Numbered from the stretch's first letter, positions 37,871 to 50,472 are shown. The stretch is 64,000 nucleotides of DNA from Vicugna vicugna (GCA_013265495.1 MU058009.1:2234001-2298000), one strand, 5' to 3'. The notes: a model not told the origin generated them from the letters alone. Program-made: numbers and translations.

Positions 37871-38401
37871 TATTGCAGAAAAGCGTGTTACAGCTCAATG
37901 TTACAGCTCAGTTGTGACAGCAACCTGAATCTTCGTGAGGGACCAAGCAGCACTCGGAGGGTTGGAGAACTCAGGTTTATTATGCCAGCAGGCCCAGAGG
38001 AGTTAACACTCCAAGCTCTGGACCCCCGTCTGTAGGTTTACACAGGCTTTTATAGGCTACCAGTTTATACCTTGCAACATTTTGTAACATCATATGCAAA
38101 TGAGGTATAACAAAGGTGACTAATAGGAACAAGCTTTGTAGTAATGGACCAATCAGGAGTGAGGGAAATGGACCAATCAGGAGTGAGCTCCATGCAAATG
38201 AAGCACCACAAATGGACCAATCACGAGTTAGCTCAGGGAACCAATAGAATCTTAGGGATAAGTTCCGCTTTCCTAGAAGTAAGCTGTTTCAGAGTTTAAA
38301 AAGCAAGATAATGCCACTGGGCCAGGGAACCAGATGGTGCCAGCAGGAGAGTAGTGACCCTGCCTGGGGGTCCTGCCTTTTTCATGGGGCTTCACACCTC
38401 A
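37871..38401 (-). mobile_element. ERV1-type solo LTR (531 bp), antisense to BARX2
   Basis: Minus strand begins TGAGGTGTG and ends ...CTGCAATA (terminal CA mutated to TA). 4-bp TSD ctat at 37867-37870 and 38402-38405. Minus-strand TATAAAA (38048-38054) lies upstream of minus-strand AATAAA (37976-37981), with U3 tandem repeats further upstream. Confidence 0.85.
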
Positions 38402-39119
38402 CTATTACTCCTTACACTGTTTTCCCTTGTTACCTACAAGAGCAAGGCTCAAACACGAGTAAATATGGGTGTCTGTTGTGTAATTTTCCCTCTAATTTTG
38501 GGGGTACACGGCTGCCATTTGATCTTAACACCTTGAATAAAACGGAGCGTAACTTTTTCATTCTCTCCAACAAGAGCCTTCCACCACATACAGAGCTTTT
38601 TTCCTCCTCTCTTCAATGGGTAAACTCCTCCAAAGTTTGAGTTCTTTTCACAGTGTAGTTCTGTGTCCCTGGGCCCCGTTAGCTGCATAAGTTTTAAGGG
38701 GTCCACTTCTATCAGAAAACAATGGGCTACCAGGAAGAGGAGAGCTTTCCATAGATGTCACATGACCGTCTGCATGACATCGTGGCATCCTGATGGAAAT
38801 GCCTGTTTTCTACCTGTCATCACAGCAGAGGGAAAGGTTCTGGTTCCTGACTGGACTGGGGGGGTCCTTCCCAGACACTGGGTTTTTTGAGAGGTTCCAG
38901 TTTAATGTTCCGTCTTTCTGTTCCAGCAAAGAACTCTCCCCACTTGCCCACAATCAGCAGAACCAATTTTTATATCAGAAATTCTTTAGGTAATCTTCAG
39001 TAAGGTCCAAATGCCTTTTTAGGCTGTGTTTTTTTGGTTTGTTTTAAAGAAAAAAATTTTTTACAGTTAATATTTGGCAAATCTGTATACTTTACCTAGT
39101 TCTTTTTATCCACTGTTTG

Positions 39120-39385
39120 TCTCTGAATGGAATCTCAGCTAATGCCATCCTCATCCTTCAGTTTAAATGACACTGTTATGGGGAGATGCCGACTGCCTCA
39201 CCCTGGGTAAATCCTCTTGCTGAATGCTCCTCAGACACCCTGAATTACTTGCTTCTCAACTGTCTGCTATCCTGACCATCAGCTGGTGGGCAGAGACCTG
39301 ATCTGCCTTGTGTACTGTTTATTCCCAGTTCTTGGCACGGTATCTCCACTAGGTATTCCAAAACTTGTTGAATTGAATTGAATTT
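39120..39385 (+). mobile_element. L2 3' end
   Basis: ggcagagacctgatctgccttgtgtactgtttattcccagttcttggcacggtatct...aacttgttgaattgaattgaat terminal repeat. Confidence 0.7.
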
Positions 39386-42336
39386 CACTCTCTTGTAGCC
39401 CACGTTGTTTCTAACTCTTTGCAACTAAAGGCAAACTATAGAGAATATATTTAAGCTGGGATTAGAATGCATAGAGAGAAGAGGGAAATTAAATTGGACT
39501 TAGAAATTTACATTTTTGCGTAAGCTTTTCTGAGCTTGGCAGACAGTTCTCATCCTGTGACCCATGGGGCCACTTGCAGAAAGTCACCTCCTGTGGCTTT
39601 TCCTCGAAACTGTCTGGTGCCCTGGAAGCATCAGAGAAGGGGGGTCATTTTCAAAATCTATGTCAGAAGAGTTTCTAGTGAACAAACATGTTGAAAGCAT
39701 CTCATTCTTCAAACCCTCTAGCCCTTTTCACTGGCCTGGTTCTCGATGGTGCTGCTTGCTTCGTAGGTTACAGTGTCTGTCTCGTTTGCTGATTCTGTTT
39801 TCTTTTTGGCTCCACTGATGAAAATGTACCAAACCCAAGGCCCCGTCCTCCATCTTCTGTTGGTCTTAAGTCTTCCTTCTTGGGAGAGGAATTCTACTTT
39901 CAACCCTTCAACCCTTGTTCTGGGTAAAATCCACACACCCATCTCTTGAGTCCTTCGGGACTCATCTAGGAACCATCACTTCAGCATCTGCTTTTACCTC
40001 AAACTAAGCCTCTGCGAGCCTTATCCTTTCTACCGAAAGGTTCTCACCTGGCAGAGGCCGAGGTGCCCCGATTCCAGCAGTTACCGCTGGAGTCCGAGTC
40101 TTCTGCCGCATCTGGATGCCTGCCCTCCTCTCCCTCCCCACCCGGGGGTCTCCAGGTCCTGTTGGATGTGCCTCGGCGGTGACGGGAGTCTGTCCCTTCC
40201 TTTCCCCTCGTAAGCCGGCTCCCCCTCTTCTCAGCACCAGCACTGTCGGCTCTGTCCCGAAGGCCCGTGGCTCTTGGGCCACTCAGCATTTGCCACGCGG
40301 TTCTTTGTTTTCTTATTTACCTCTTATTTTAACGTCTCATTTCTCCAGTTAGATAATCAGCTTCTGAGGGCAGGGATAGGGAATTGTCTCTCCTTCTCTA
40401 GCAGTTGGCTCAGAGCTGAGCAGCCGTTTGGTAGAATTCAGCATTGATGGCGACAGCAAATCAGAGGACTCCTCCTGGTCAGCTCTGTGCGGCTCTGTCC
40501 CTGTGACAGCAGGACCTCAACCAGAAATGATGCCGTACAAGCCATGAGACAAAGGCGGGGAGGGCTCGGTCAGCACAGGAGAGCAGTGTAGACTTCTTAG
40601 TGAACCGAGGCATCTCCAACACATGGAAAATGCGTGCTTTTTGACCATTGGAAGAAATGGCTGCCTTCTTTGGTGTGGGTCTTCATTGTTTACGGAAGTT
40701 TTTTATACTCATGATCCAGTGTTATCCTTCGGCAAGCTTGGCAGGAGTACTATTATTGCCATTTGATAGAAGAGAAAGTGGAAGCTTGGGAACTGTGGTC
40801 TGACCAAGGCCGCAGAGCCCAGAGGTGTCAGCACCGCGTCTCCAGCCCCAGTCTTGCGATTGGGTAAAATCAGTTCAGGTAAGGTATGGAGTTAAACTCT
40901 GAGAAGGGGCACTTTTTAATTCTGTCCTAAGGAAATCTGCAGTCTAGCTGAGAAATAATTAGATGGGGAAACAAATGAACTAAGTAAGGCTGAAAAAGGA
41001 CACACAAAAAGCTGTGGATGCGTGGAGGCAGGAGTGATTAACTCGGACTTTGTGCTAAACAGCAGCTGCTCAGGGAGGCCTTCGCTCCATGAGTGACTGG
41101 GAGGCACGGCCGCAAGCAGGTGGGTGAAGGTAACGGCGGAATGACCAGGAGCGCAAAGACAGTGCCCTTCCCGGTGTGTTCTTCGGCTGACGGAGATGCG
41201 GGGCGGTGATGGCTAGAGGGTGGACGATGACCATCTTAGGCAGGACGGGCAGGTCCGTAAACCTCCAGCTTCGTTGGTTTCACGCAGCTCCCGGTGCAGC
41301 CCAGCGCTCTGTGGGCATCTGTAGTTGTGATGACATTACAGGTTGAAAGCGATGAGACTGAGCCTGTCTCTCTGCAGAATCAGGGATCTGAAAAGATGGC
41401 GTGATGCAGTCCAGCCAGCCAGGGCTGCGCTGTGTCCTCTATTTCCCCAATCTTCATTTTCCCAAGTCTCTAAAATGTTTTCTCCCCACTCCATCCCTCC
41501 ATGTTTCAACCTTTGTGAACTTGCTTAAGGTTTTGATTTAATGAGATGCTTCTTCCAGAGTCTACATTCTGGCAGGTGCATGAGGATTTTGGAATAAATG
41601 TATTCCACATGTTTCTAATTCATTTACACTTAACTCATCAAAATGCCCACCAGCTTTTTTTTTTTAAAGAGGTAGTTAATGGCCAAGATGTTTTTTCAGC
41701 CTTTTAGTTGGCCTCTTAAAACATTTTCTTTTTCCTTTAGTCATACAAAGCCACAACTTGTAAAGGGAGCATCTGTTCCATGAACTCTCGCTGGGCTAGA
41801 AACTCAGTGTGTCGCAAATTAAAAGGCAAAGCAGAGCTTCTTTATATTTCCTTTCCTCCCCTCCTTGCTCACAGGTTATCCGTACAGACAAGTACTGAAC
41901 TTCCACGTCTGGTTGCCACTTACCCTCAGCTCAGCCTTTCCTTAGTCCCATTCAGTGTAGACGAGGCACGTTAATTTCGACCACCCCACCTCTGTCACCC
42001 CCGTCTCCGTTATCCCTGCAGTTCTTAGAAACTGACTTTGGTGCCGTCTTGTGTCCCACCAACTTCATCCTTCTTTGCCTAAGACTAACCTTGGGGAGGG
42101 CTGCGACTGTTCTGCACAGGTCTGCAAAACCACCGTAGTTATTTCTGGAGCCTCGATGACTTGAGGTGGGTGGCTGGCCAGGTTAGCCCTGTCACTCATT
42201 TCCTTCAGCTCCCTGGTTGCTGCCAGCCTCAGGACGCCGGTAAAGACCGCCGCTTGGCGAAGGGAAGCAGGCAGATTCCAGTGTGGCACAGAGGCTATGA
42301 AGATACACCCGAGTAGTTCACCAGTGGCTGCTTTCT

Positions 42337-42480
42337 TTTTTTTTTTTTTTGAGAGGGGGTTGGGGGGGGGTAATTAGTTTGTTTAGTTATTTATTTCTTA
42401 ATGGAGGTACTGGGGATTGAACCCAGGACCTTGTGCATGCTAAGGATACACTCTACCACTGAGCTCTACCCTCCCACCCC
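42337..42480 (-). mobile_element. tRNA-Ala-derived SINE (Vic-1-like), long-tail form
   Basis: T-tail, then ggtaattagtttg...tggaggtactggggattgaacccaggaccttgtgcatgctaaggatacactctaccactgagctctaccctccc; flanks share ctgctttct. Confidence 0.9.
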
Positions 42481-44529
42481 CCACTGGGTCTGCTTTCTCG
42501 ACAAGAAAATCCATCTACTTTATTTTGGCTCCTTCACAGAGCATCCAACCACTAACGTGGAAAGAGAGCAAAGGGGACCAACAGCAATGAGGTGCCCTCC
42601 GGGCGAGTCGCATCACATACGCAAGTGCATTTCATCTTCACGGCAATCCACCGGGGGGACCGTGAGTAGCCCTACTTTACGGAAGAGGAACTGGAAACTA
42701 GGGAGGTTTTGAAACCGGCTCAGTGAGGTCCTGCTCTTCCCACTGCCCCCAATTGCCAGCCGATTGGTCTGGCTGTGGCCTCTGGGGACAATTTCCGTGT
42801 AGGTGGTTGTATGATTTTTTTTCCCAGGAAGCTCAGCCCAAGCTACCCGATTGTTGCACCGAGTCTCCCTTTCAGGTTAACTGGATATGTCCCTGCCGGG
42901 CCTGTGTGCGCTGCCTGTGCGCCTCTGAAGCCTTCTGCGGCTATAGGTCACACATTCCCGGGACATAAATCAGTCAAGCAGGCAGCTTAGAGATTCTTAC
43001 CCACTCAGACCTTTGGCCCTTGCTTGTGTCAACCGGAATTGTGGGAGTGGAGAGCCAGTCTGGGGACTGGTATGCTGGAGGAATGGAAGGGGAGCCACAG
43101 GAGATGTGTAGGAGCAAACACTGTTCCTTGGGGATTCTGCTCTGGGGTTCAATTCCAGCTGTAGCCAGAGGGGACTGGCTTCTGCTGGGAGGGAGGGCTT
43201 CGCCAGGGGAGATGTGCCTAGAATCAGCTGCCCTGCACTGAGCCTGTGCTTGGCCCACACGTGTTCACGTGCATGGACTGCACTCAGTTTGCAGAATCAA
43301 CGCAAGGGACCATCCTCTGTTAGCCTCCCAAGTGTCCTCATCTCCCCAGGCTCCCTGGAGCGTCCCCTGGCATCAGCCTACCACGAATACACTCAGGTTT
43401 TCTAGTCCCAGAACAGATTCTCAAACATTTGTCTAGGTGTACGGCACACAGTTATGTGATACCCACCCTGCAGCAAAGCCTTGGTTGGGGGAGGGGTTGA
43501 AGGAAAACACCTATTTGAAGATGCATTCATTGCGGTCGTGTTTACACTCCTTTGTCAACTAGAAATGTGTTTGTTTAAACAGTGTCTTTGGTTTATTAGA
43601 GGCATTCCTCCCTCTCAGTAGCAGATAATGTGCTTGAATTTCACAAGTGGATGTAAATGAGCCAGGGTAGCAGGGCAGCTGTCTTCAGCCAACAGCTTCA
43701 CATAGTGATAATTCTCAGGAAAAGAGAAAGCCCTACTTCATACGTAGCGTTACACATCATCTGCCTTCTCAGTAACCAGAGTGCCCCCCCAACGTATTTT
43801 CCCTGTTTTTAAAACCCAAAATTGATGTTCAGCCAAAATATAAATAGATGGCTAGACTATCTCACAGTACTTTCATGAGGCTATGAAATGGGGGTGTGCG
43901 AGGCCTTTGTGAAATTAAAGCTCTGGGCCAATGCAGTTTTGTTGGAAATCTGGTCATGTATTAAAACAAGGAAAGACGGCGAGCAGCTGGCCAGTGTGTA
44001 TCTGGTCTCACTTATCTGCTCCCATGGGTTTGCCTCTCAGGGGACTTTGCTACACACACAGTACTCACCCTGCGTCCCGTTCCAGCCACGCTCGTTCCTC
44101 CCTAACCTTGTTCCTAGCAAACTCAGGGCCTCACTGAAAGTGTATTTATTTACAGTGAGGGTCCTCCTGAACCCCCAGACATTTTAGCATCACTGTGGCC
44201 TCGTGTGCGCATCTCTGACATCAGTGCTCTCGGCCACTGGGGCACCGTGCAGTTTTATCACTGAATTTGCACCGGAACACTGGGTCAGGATTCCTGAAAC
44301 TGTAGATTTTGGTGATTAAGATGTTGCCTTCAGTCACTACCATTCTTCAGAGGTTTTTTTGTGTTTGTTTTTCCAGGAAGGTTTTCATTAGGTCTTAAAC
44401 ATTATGGAACCAAATTGCATAAAAGCCATTTAGCAGTAACAGCAATTGCTTTCAAACCATCAGAGAATAGGATCACCAAAAGAATTACCTTCCCCTGTAT
44501 GAATCTGTGAGGTCAGTGTATGTCTAATA

Positions 44530-44760
44530 AATTTTTAGTGGGATTTGCTTTTTTAGAAACTAACACAAGTTGTTTCTAAAATTCAGCTGGAAAAATCAAT
44601 GATAATAGCCAAGAGAATTTTGTAGAAAGAATCAAAAGGGGAAATTTGTTCTACCAGATACTTAAACTCCCTAAAAACCCACTGTAGTAAGAGTGGGACG
44701 GTCCTAAAATAGGATCATATATTAGTTCAGAGTCCAAAAACAGACGTGCGAATACATAAT
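44530..44760 (+). mobile_element. Old L1 ORF2 fragment (L1ME-like)
   Basis: ttctaaaattcagctggaaaaa...aatagccaagagaattttg...gggaaatttgttctaccagatacttaaa resembles the LKFIWK...LALPD region of L1 ORF2. Confidence 0.65.
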
Positions 44761-45549
44761 ATACCCCAGCTATTCCTAGGGCCCCATGTGGCCCAGCGTA
44801 ACTGTAGAATTAGACTCAAAGACAACAGAAATCTGATTACAGAAGCCTTGAACAGGAAGATCTTTACTTCTTAAAGGAATGTATTCTGGATTTTACCCAG
44901 TACACCCCCAAAATGTGTTTTAGAAATCCTCTCAAAGCAGCTTTCCCTCTCCCCAAAGTTGCAAACTCATGGCAGCTTCAAACAACTCTGCCCCTCTCTC
45001 TGATCTACCTGGCTTCCCAGCTCTCACCTCCCCCCCCCCCCCCCCTCCCCCCCCCCCCAATTTGTAACCATCCCCACAGAGGACAGCCCTCAGGAAGGGT
45101 GGCTCTGGTCCCAGTTTGACAGATTTCCTAGAAAGCAGGAAATTCTCAGAATTCTGATAAACAAAAATGACCAATGTCATCTCTTTGGAAACTTAATGTA
45201 TCTTAAAGCTGGCATTTTAAGTCATAGATTAGTCAATGTAGGGTTTTGGGATTGTTGGCTATACATTTAGAAAAAATAAAATGACATATTTATATTTTAC
45301 AAAACACTTTGTAACTATGTGTTTCAGTAGATTAGAGTGCATATTGCTAGATCTGGAACATGGGCATGTTTGTAGATACATAGCAACAATTATCGAAGTT
45401 TATTTCTAAGACTTGGGGTTGAAAACTGAGGGGAGACCTCTATTTTATATATTTCTAAATTGTTTTAAATTTCTTTTTTTAACAAATTGGGGTTTTTTTA
45501 ACAAAAAAACAAAAGAGCAGTTAAAATATTCACTGTTACTTGTTTTTAA

Positions 45550-46830
45550 TTTGTTTTTGATTTGTATTCAGTAAGAATTCACTATTTTAGTGTACGGTTA
45601 TGAGTTTAGACAAATGCATTAAGTTGTATAACCACTACCACAATCAAGATACAGAACAGTCTCACCACGTTACCTGTCCCCCCCGCCAATTCCCTCACGT
45701 TACTCCTCTGTAGCCACATTCTTCCCCTGCCCTTGACCTCTGGCAGTCACTCGTCTGCTCTCCATCTCTATCTCTGCCTTTCCCAGAATGTCATGCAGAT
45801 GGAATCATACAACCCTTTGAGTCCAGCTTCTTTCCCTTAGGAAAATGCATCTGCGGTTCACCCGTGTCGCTGCGTGTTTCAAGTTTGTTCCCCTCTTACT
45901 CCTGAGTAGTATTCCCTTGTATGCACGTGCCACAGTGTATTTCCCCATCCTCAGTTGAGGGGTATTTGGATTGATTCCAGCTTTTGATCATTACAGTCGG
46001 CTCTCCATAATCCCAGGTTCTGCATCCGTGGATGCAACCAACACAACCATAGATGGAAAATTTGAGGGGGAATAATTCCAGAAGTTCCAAAAAAGGAAAA
46101 CTTGAATTTGCCATGTACTGGAGACTGTTCATGGAGTGTTTACATTGTATCCAGTATTAGAAGTATTAGAGACAATTTAAAGTGTACAGGAGGATGTGTA
46201 GGTTATATGCAAATACTGCACCATTTTATCTCAGGGACCTGGGCATCCTCAGATTTTGGTGGGGTGGGGGCGGGGCGTTCCTGGAACCAGTGGCCTTCAG
46301 ATACCGAGGGAGGACTGCACTAACACTGCTCCTGTAAACATGTGCATGGAAGTTTTTGTGTCCTTTTCACCTGGATTAACACCTAGGAGGCGGATTGTTG
46401 GATTATATGAAAGCTGTATGTTTAACTTCGGAAAGCAGCCGGGCAGTTTGTTACAAAGAGGCTGCACCCTTCTGCATTCCCACCAGGATGCTGTGAGTTC
46501 CAGCTGGTCTGCAACCTCATCAGCACATGATGCTATCAGCTTATAAAATGTTTCAGACCATCCTGACACACATGGAGGAGTATTACAGCCCTAAGTTGCA
46601 TTTTCCTAATGACTGATCATAACAGCATCTTTGAATGTGAAATTCTGTTCAGAACTTCTGTTCCTTTACGTATGGGGTTATTTTTAAATCGTTGAATGTT
46701 GAGAGTCCTTTCGTTCTTCCTTTCGTCACGTATCCTGGATACGGATCATTTGTCAGGTGTGAGGTCTGCGCTGTCTTTCAGTCTGTAGCTTATCTTTTCG
46801 TTTTAACAGTATCCTTTGCAGAACAAAACC
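45550..46830 (-). mobile_element. L1M (L1MB/MC-like) 3' region interrupted by MER2
   Basis: accactaccacaatcaagatacagaacagt...ccagaatgtcatgcagatggaatcatac...ctgagtagtattcc...[MER2]...tgcattcccaccag...ttgcattttcctaatgact...ttttaacagtatcctttgcagaacaaaa. Confidence 0.85.
45994..46317 (-). mobile_element. MER2-family (TcMar-Tigger) MITE, full length
   Basis: Terminal inverted repeats cagtcggctctccata / gataccgagggaggactg; internal gtgtacaggaggatgtgtaggttatatgcaaatactgcaccattttat; TA on the left flank, CA on the right. Confidence 0.85.
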
Positions 46831-46834
46831 TACT

Positions 46835-47405
46835 TCTCTGCTCCCACGCTCACCCATTCATGCAGTCGGTCCCCCCCACAGCAGCTGGGGGAATCCTAAA
46901 TCAGAGCAGGTCCTTCCCCAGCTCACCTCTCGTCAATGGTTGTATCACATTCTGAATAAAATCCAAATTATTTGCTCTGGCTGACGAGCTCCTGCGTGAT
47001 CTGGCTGCAGCAGATTTTCCAAGGTTTTATTTCCTGTGGCCTCCCTCCTTGTTTGCTCTGCCTCTTCTCTCTTTGAACGCAGCTCCTTCCCACTTCTGGG
47101 CTTTGCAGGAGCTGGTTCTCGGCGGGCGCACTCCTCTCCCTTGAGTCACTTAACCTGCTGAAATGTCACCTCTGGCACAGAGGCCTTCCCTTGACTCCCC
47201 TGTGTAAAATTCCTGCCCTCCTCCTTACGGCCCCGCCTTCACAATCTGCCGTTTTCTTCAGAGACTTTATCACTACCTGGCATTATTTGTTTATTTATTT
47301 GTTCACCGTCTGTCTCCCCGACAGGAATGTAAGCTCTGACCTCAGCTTCAAGACCAGAGTGCAGCCCACAGTAGGTGCTCCGTACACACTGATGGCAGGA
47401 TGGAA
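46835..47405 (+). mobile_element. L2 3' region
   Basis: cacagcagctggg...tgaataaaatccaaa...aaatgtcacctctggcacagaggccttcccttgac...tgtctccccgacaggaatgtaagctc...cacagtaggtgctc. Confidence 0.8.
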
Positions 47406-47604
47406 CGCAGGGCTGGACTAACACGGGGGCCTTCCATCTCACCCTCTCCCCGGCCCACGCCTTCTCCACACGTCATCAATGTTAATAGTTTGGTGACTAA
47501 CTACCTGGACTTCTTTTAAAAATGCAGTTGTAAATGCAGACACATGCACAGATTTTTTCAATGATAATGCAAATGGGTCTATACCTTAATTTCCTCTCGA
47601 CGTG

Positions 47605-48090
47605 TTTTCTTTTTTCTTTTTAATTGAAATACAATTACAGTGTGTCCATTTCTGGTGCACAGCACAGTGTCCTGGTCATGCATATACATACATATATTCA
47701 TTTTCATATTTTTTCATTAAAATTTATTACAAGATACTGAACATAGTTCCCTGTGCTATACAGAAGAAACTTTTTTTTGCATTTTATTTTATTTTAAACA
47801 TTTTATTGAGTTTTAGTCATTTTACAATGTTGTGTCAAATTCCATTGTAGAGCACAATTTTTCAGTTATACATGAACATACATACATTCATTGTCACATT
47901 CTCTTTCGCTGTGAGCCACCACAATAGCCTGTATATATTTCCCTGTGCTACACGGTACAATCTTGTTTATCTACAGAAGAAACTTTTTTTAAAAATCCAT
48001 TTTTATATATATAGTGGCTAACATTTGTAAATTTCAAACTCCCAAAATTATCCCTTCCCACCCCCCCTTCCCTGGTAACCATAAGATTAT
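47605..48090 (-). mobile_element. Lineage-specific L1 3' end (host), split by a younger L1
   Basis: 47605-47777 and 47991-48090 rejoin into a copy of the element seen uninterrupted at 12779-13048. Confidence 0.85.
47778..47971 (-). mobile_element. Younger L1 subfamily 3' end nested in L1
   Basis: Exact TSD tacagaagaaacttttttt at 47759-47777 and 47972-47990; body is the reverse-complement homolog of 50306-50472. Confidence 0.9.
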
Positions 48091-48099
48091 TTACTATCG

Positions 48100-48530
48100 A
48101 CATATATTTTCGATATTCTCCCATGTTAGTTTATATGTAGTTCACCTGTCAGTTTATATATTTTTAGATATTTTTAAAATAGACACTTTTTTAGCAGTCA
48201 CAGTGTAGTCCCTACTGTGGATCGGAGGTACCACAATTTCTTTAGCCATTTTCTTGTTCGTAGATACTTGGGGTGTTTCCCCTGCGTCACCATCATCCAC
48301 ACTGCTGCCCTGAACACGCCCGCACACAGATCTCGGTGCGGCAGGCAGACAGGACTCAAATAATGGAAGGGCCTGGTCAGTAATTTGATTGATGCTGCTT
48401 GGTTTGTGCTTCTAAAAGATCATACTGTTTTATGCTCTCAGCAACAACACATGAGCACCCCTCCTCTGCATCCTGGCCCACACCAGGTGTTACCACCCTT
48501 CTGAGGTGTTTTTTAATGTCAGGCACAAAA
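48100..48530 (-). mobile_element. Old L1 (L1ME-like) fragment
   Basis: taccacaatttctttagccattttcttgttcgtagatacttggggtgtttcc...actgctgccctgaacac. Confidence 0.55.
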
Positions 48531-49427
48531 ACAGTTAACTCTCTTACAGAAGAGAGAAAGCTGCAACTTTGGTGATTCAAAGCCTTACTGAGGGGGAGGC
48601 GACCGGCCACTTCCTATCCTGATGAGCTCCTAGGTGTCTAGATCGTAAGCCTGTTTAGTAAAGACAGACTCCTTCTGAAAGGAACGGCAGAACGAAGGGA
48701 GTACAGTGATCTGAGATGAGCAGCATCTTATGCCCGTAAAAGCAGCTTTTAGAGACGCCTTTGAAGCAGCAGCATTTCGTCACGTGCGCAGATCAGAGAC
48801 CCCTGTCCCAGGCGTCCTGACTTTCTTCCTTTAAAATATCCCTCCCAGATTCGTTTTTTCTTTGTTGAAAGAATCCACAGCACAAAGCCTCAAGTGTTAG
48901 CGTTGGCTGGAGAGTTAATGGAAGTCGAAGCCCTTGGTGATTTATTGTTTAACAAATCTGTGGTTTCTGCTGGGCCTCACTGGATGTGTGGTCAAAGAAC
49001 AAGAGACATTTTCTGCTTTAATAACTGTGACTGGGGTCCACGGCAGAAGCATGGAAATGAGTAAGAAGAGAAATGCCAACACAGAGGAGAGAGAGAACAC
49101 ACGTCACCTGGGCGCTTCTGTGATGGTGATGGGTTTAGCCCAGGACAAGGCTAGTGCTATTTGGCTCAGACGCTCACCATGCCCTGCAGTGAGCTGTCAG
49201 GGCTGGGCCGGGTCCCGGAGGGCGGGACTCGGTATCTTCTCTGTGCTCATCAGGCTTCAAGGTGGGCTTGGGGTGAAAGGTGCTTTTATGACATCAGCAT
49301 ATTGGGGTTTGAAACTTTCTTCAGAATTACCTCCTCTTACTCACTGTACTGAAGGACAAAACTGAGGCCCAGAGGGATACAATGATTTATAAAGGTAACA
49401 GTCATGGCATTTTAAGCCCCCTACTGT

Positions 49428-49592
49428 ACTACTGTAGAGCACAGGGAACTGTATTCACTATCTTGTAATGGCCTGTAATTAAAAAGACTATGAAAAGGAG
49501 TATGTTTATGTATAGCTGAAGCACTGTGCTGTACACCAGAAATTAACACGGCACTGTAAACCAACTCTACTGCAATACAAACAAAAAAATAA
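49428..49592 (+). mobile_element. Lineage-specific L1 3' end
   Basis: tactactgtagagcacagggaactgtattcactatcttgtaat...gctgtacaccagaaattaacacggcactgtaaaccaactctac plus an A-tail. Confidence 0.85.
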
Positions 49593-49879
49593 ACCTGATA
49601 CTGTGGAACAGTGAAGGGGAAGAGCTTTTTCACTTGAACTTTAGAAATGTAACAGATTCTTGCCTTGAAATTCCTAAAGCAGAAGAGGCACAGACCTAGT
49701 GCGGACCCCACCACCCCTGCCTGCCCCTGGCAGACATTGCTAATCAATTGCTGCTCACTCTCTGCAGCGGGGCTCGGAATCCTCCTGATCTTAGTGCTGG
49801 GGGCAGCAGGGTGTACTGGATCTGGGTCTTCATGTGAATTAAAATCTTCTGGGCCCCCTCTTCTAAATGATGCATCCAT

Positions 49880-50062
49880 AGGATTCATGATGGGGTGACA
49901 GCCGTGGACTTCAAGCCAGAAGAACTTGGTTTGACTCCAGAACCTGCTGTTGGGTCTGTGACATGATTGAGTCCCCGAGCCCTTCTGGGATTGTTTACTC
50001 GTCTCTGAAGTGAGGGAGTTGAATTAAGTGATTCTTGCGCATCCTTCCAGCTATGAAAAATG
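49880..50062 (+). mobile_element. MIR (MIR3-like) fragment
   Basis: ggacttcaagccagaagaacttggtttgactccag...tgtgacatgattgagtc...gcatccttccagct. Confidence 0.55.
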
Positions 50063-50305
50063 CGATGATTCAAGGTACAGAGACTTCTCAGAAGAATTTA
50101 GTCACAACCACGTATTTTGATAAAGACCTGAGGTGGTTCGCAGGCACTTTGTCTATTACACATCTGTTTTGGATTTCTTAAGTATGTGTTTCTAGCTTTA
50201 TCTGACTACTTCTTTCCATCTGCTCAGTCCTATTGACTGAAACCAGAATTTAGGGATTCGGAAGAGAGAGATGGGGAAAGATTCACTTAAAACCAGAGGA
50301 ACTGC

Positions 50306-50472
50306 ACAGTGAAAAAAATTAAATTAAATTAAATTAAAGATGTGACAGTGAATACATGTATGTTCATGTATAACTGAAAAATTGTGCTCTACACTGGAAT
50401 TTGACACAACATTGTAAAATGACTATAACTCAATAAAAAAGTGTTTAAAAAAATTTTAAAAAACCAAAACAA
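50306..50472 (+). mobile_element. Young L1 3' end with internal (AAATT)n
   Basis: tgttcatgtataactgaaaaattgtgctctacactggaatttgacacaacattgtaaaatgactataactcaataaaa; TSD caga(g/a)gaactgc at 50294-50305 and 50473-50484. Confidence 0.85.

Noticed and set aside
38143..38232. CRISPR-like array of three ~21-bp repeats
   Set aside because: Eukaryotic context, irregular short spacing and no cas genes; these are U3 enhancer repeats of the solo LTR.
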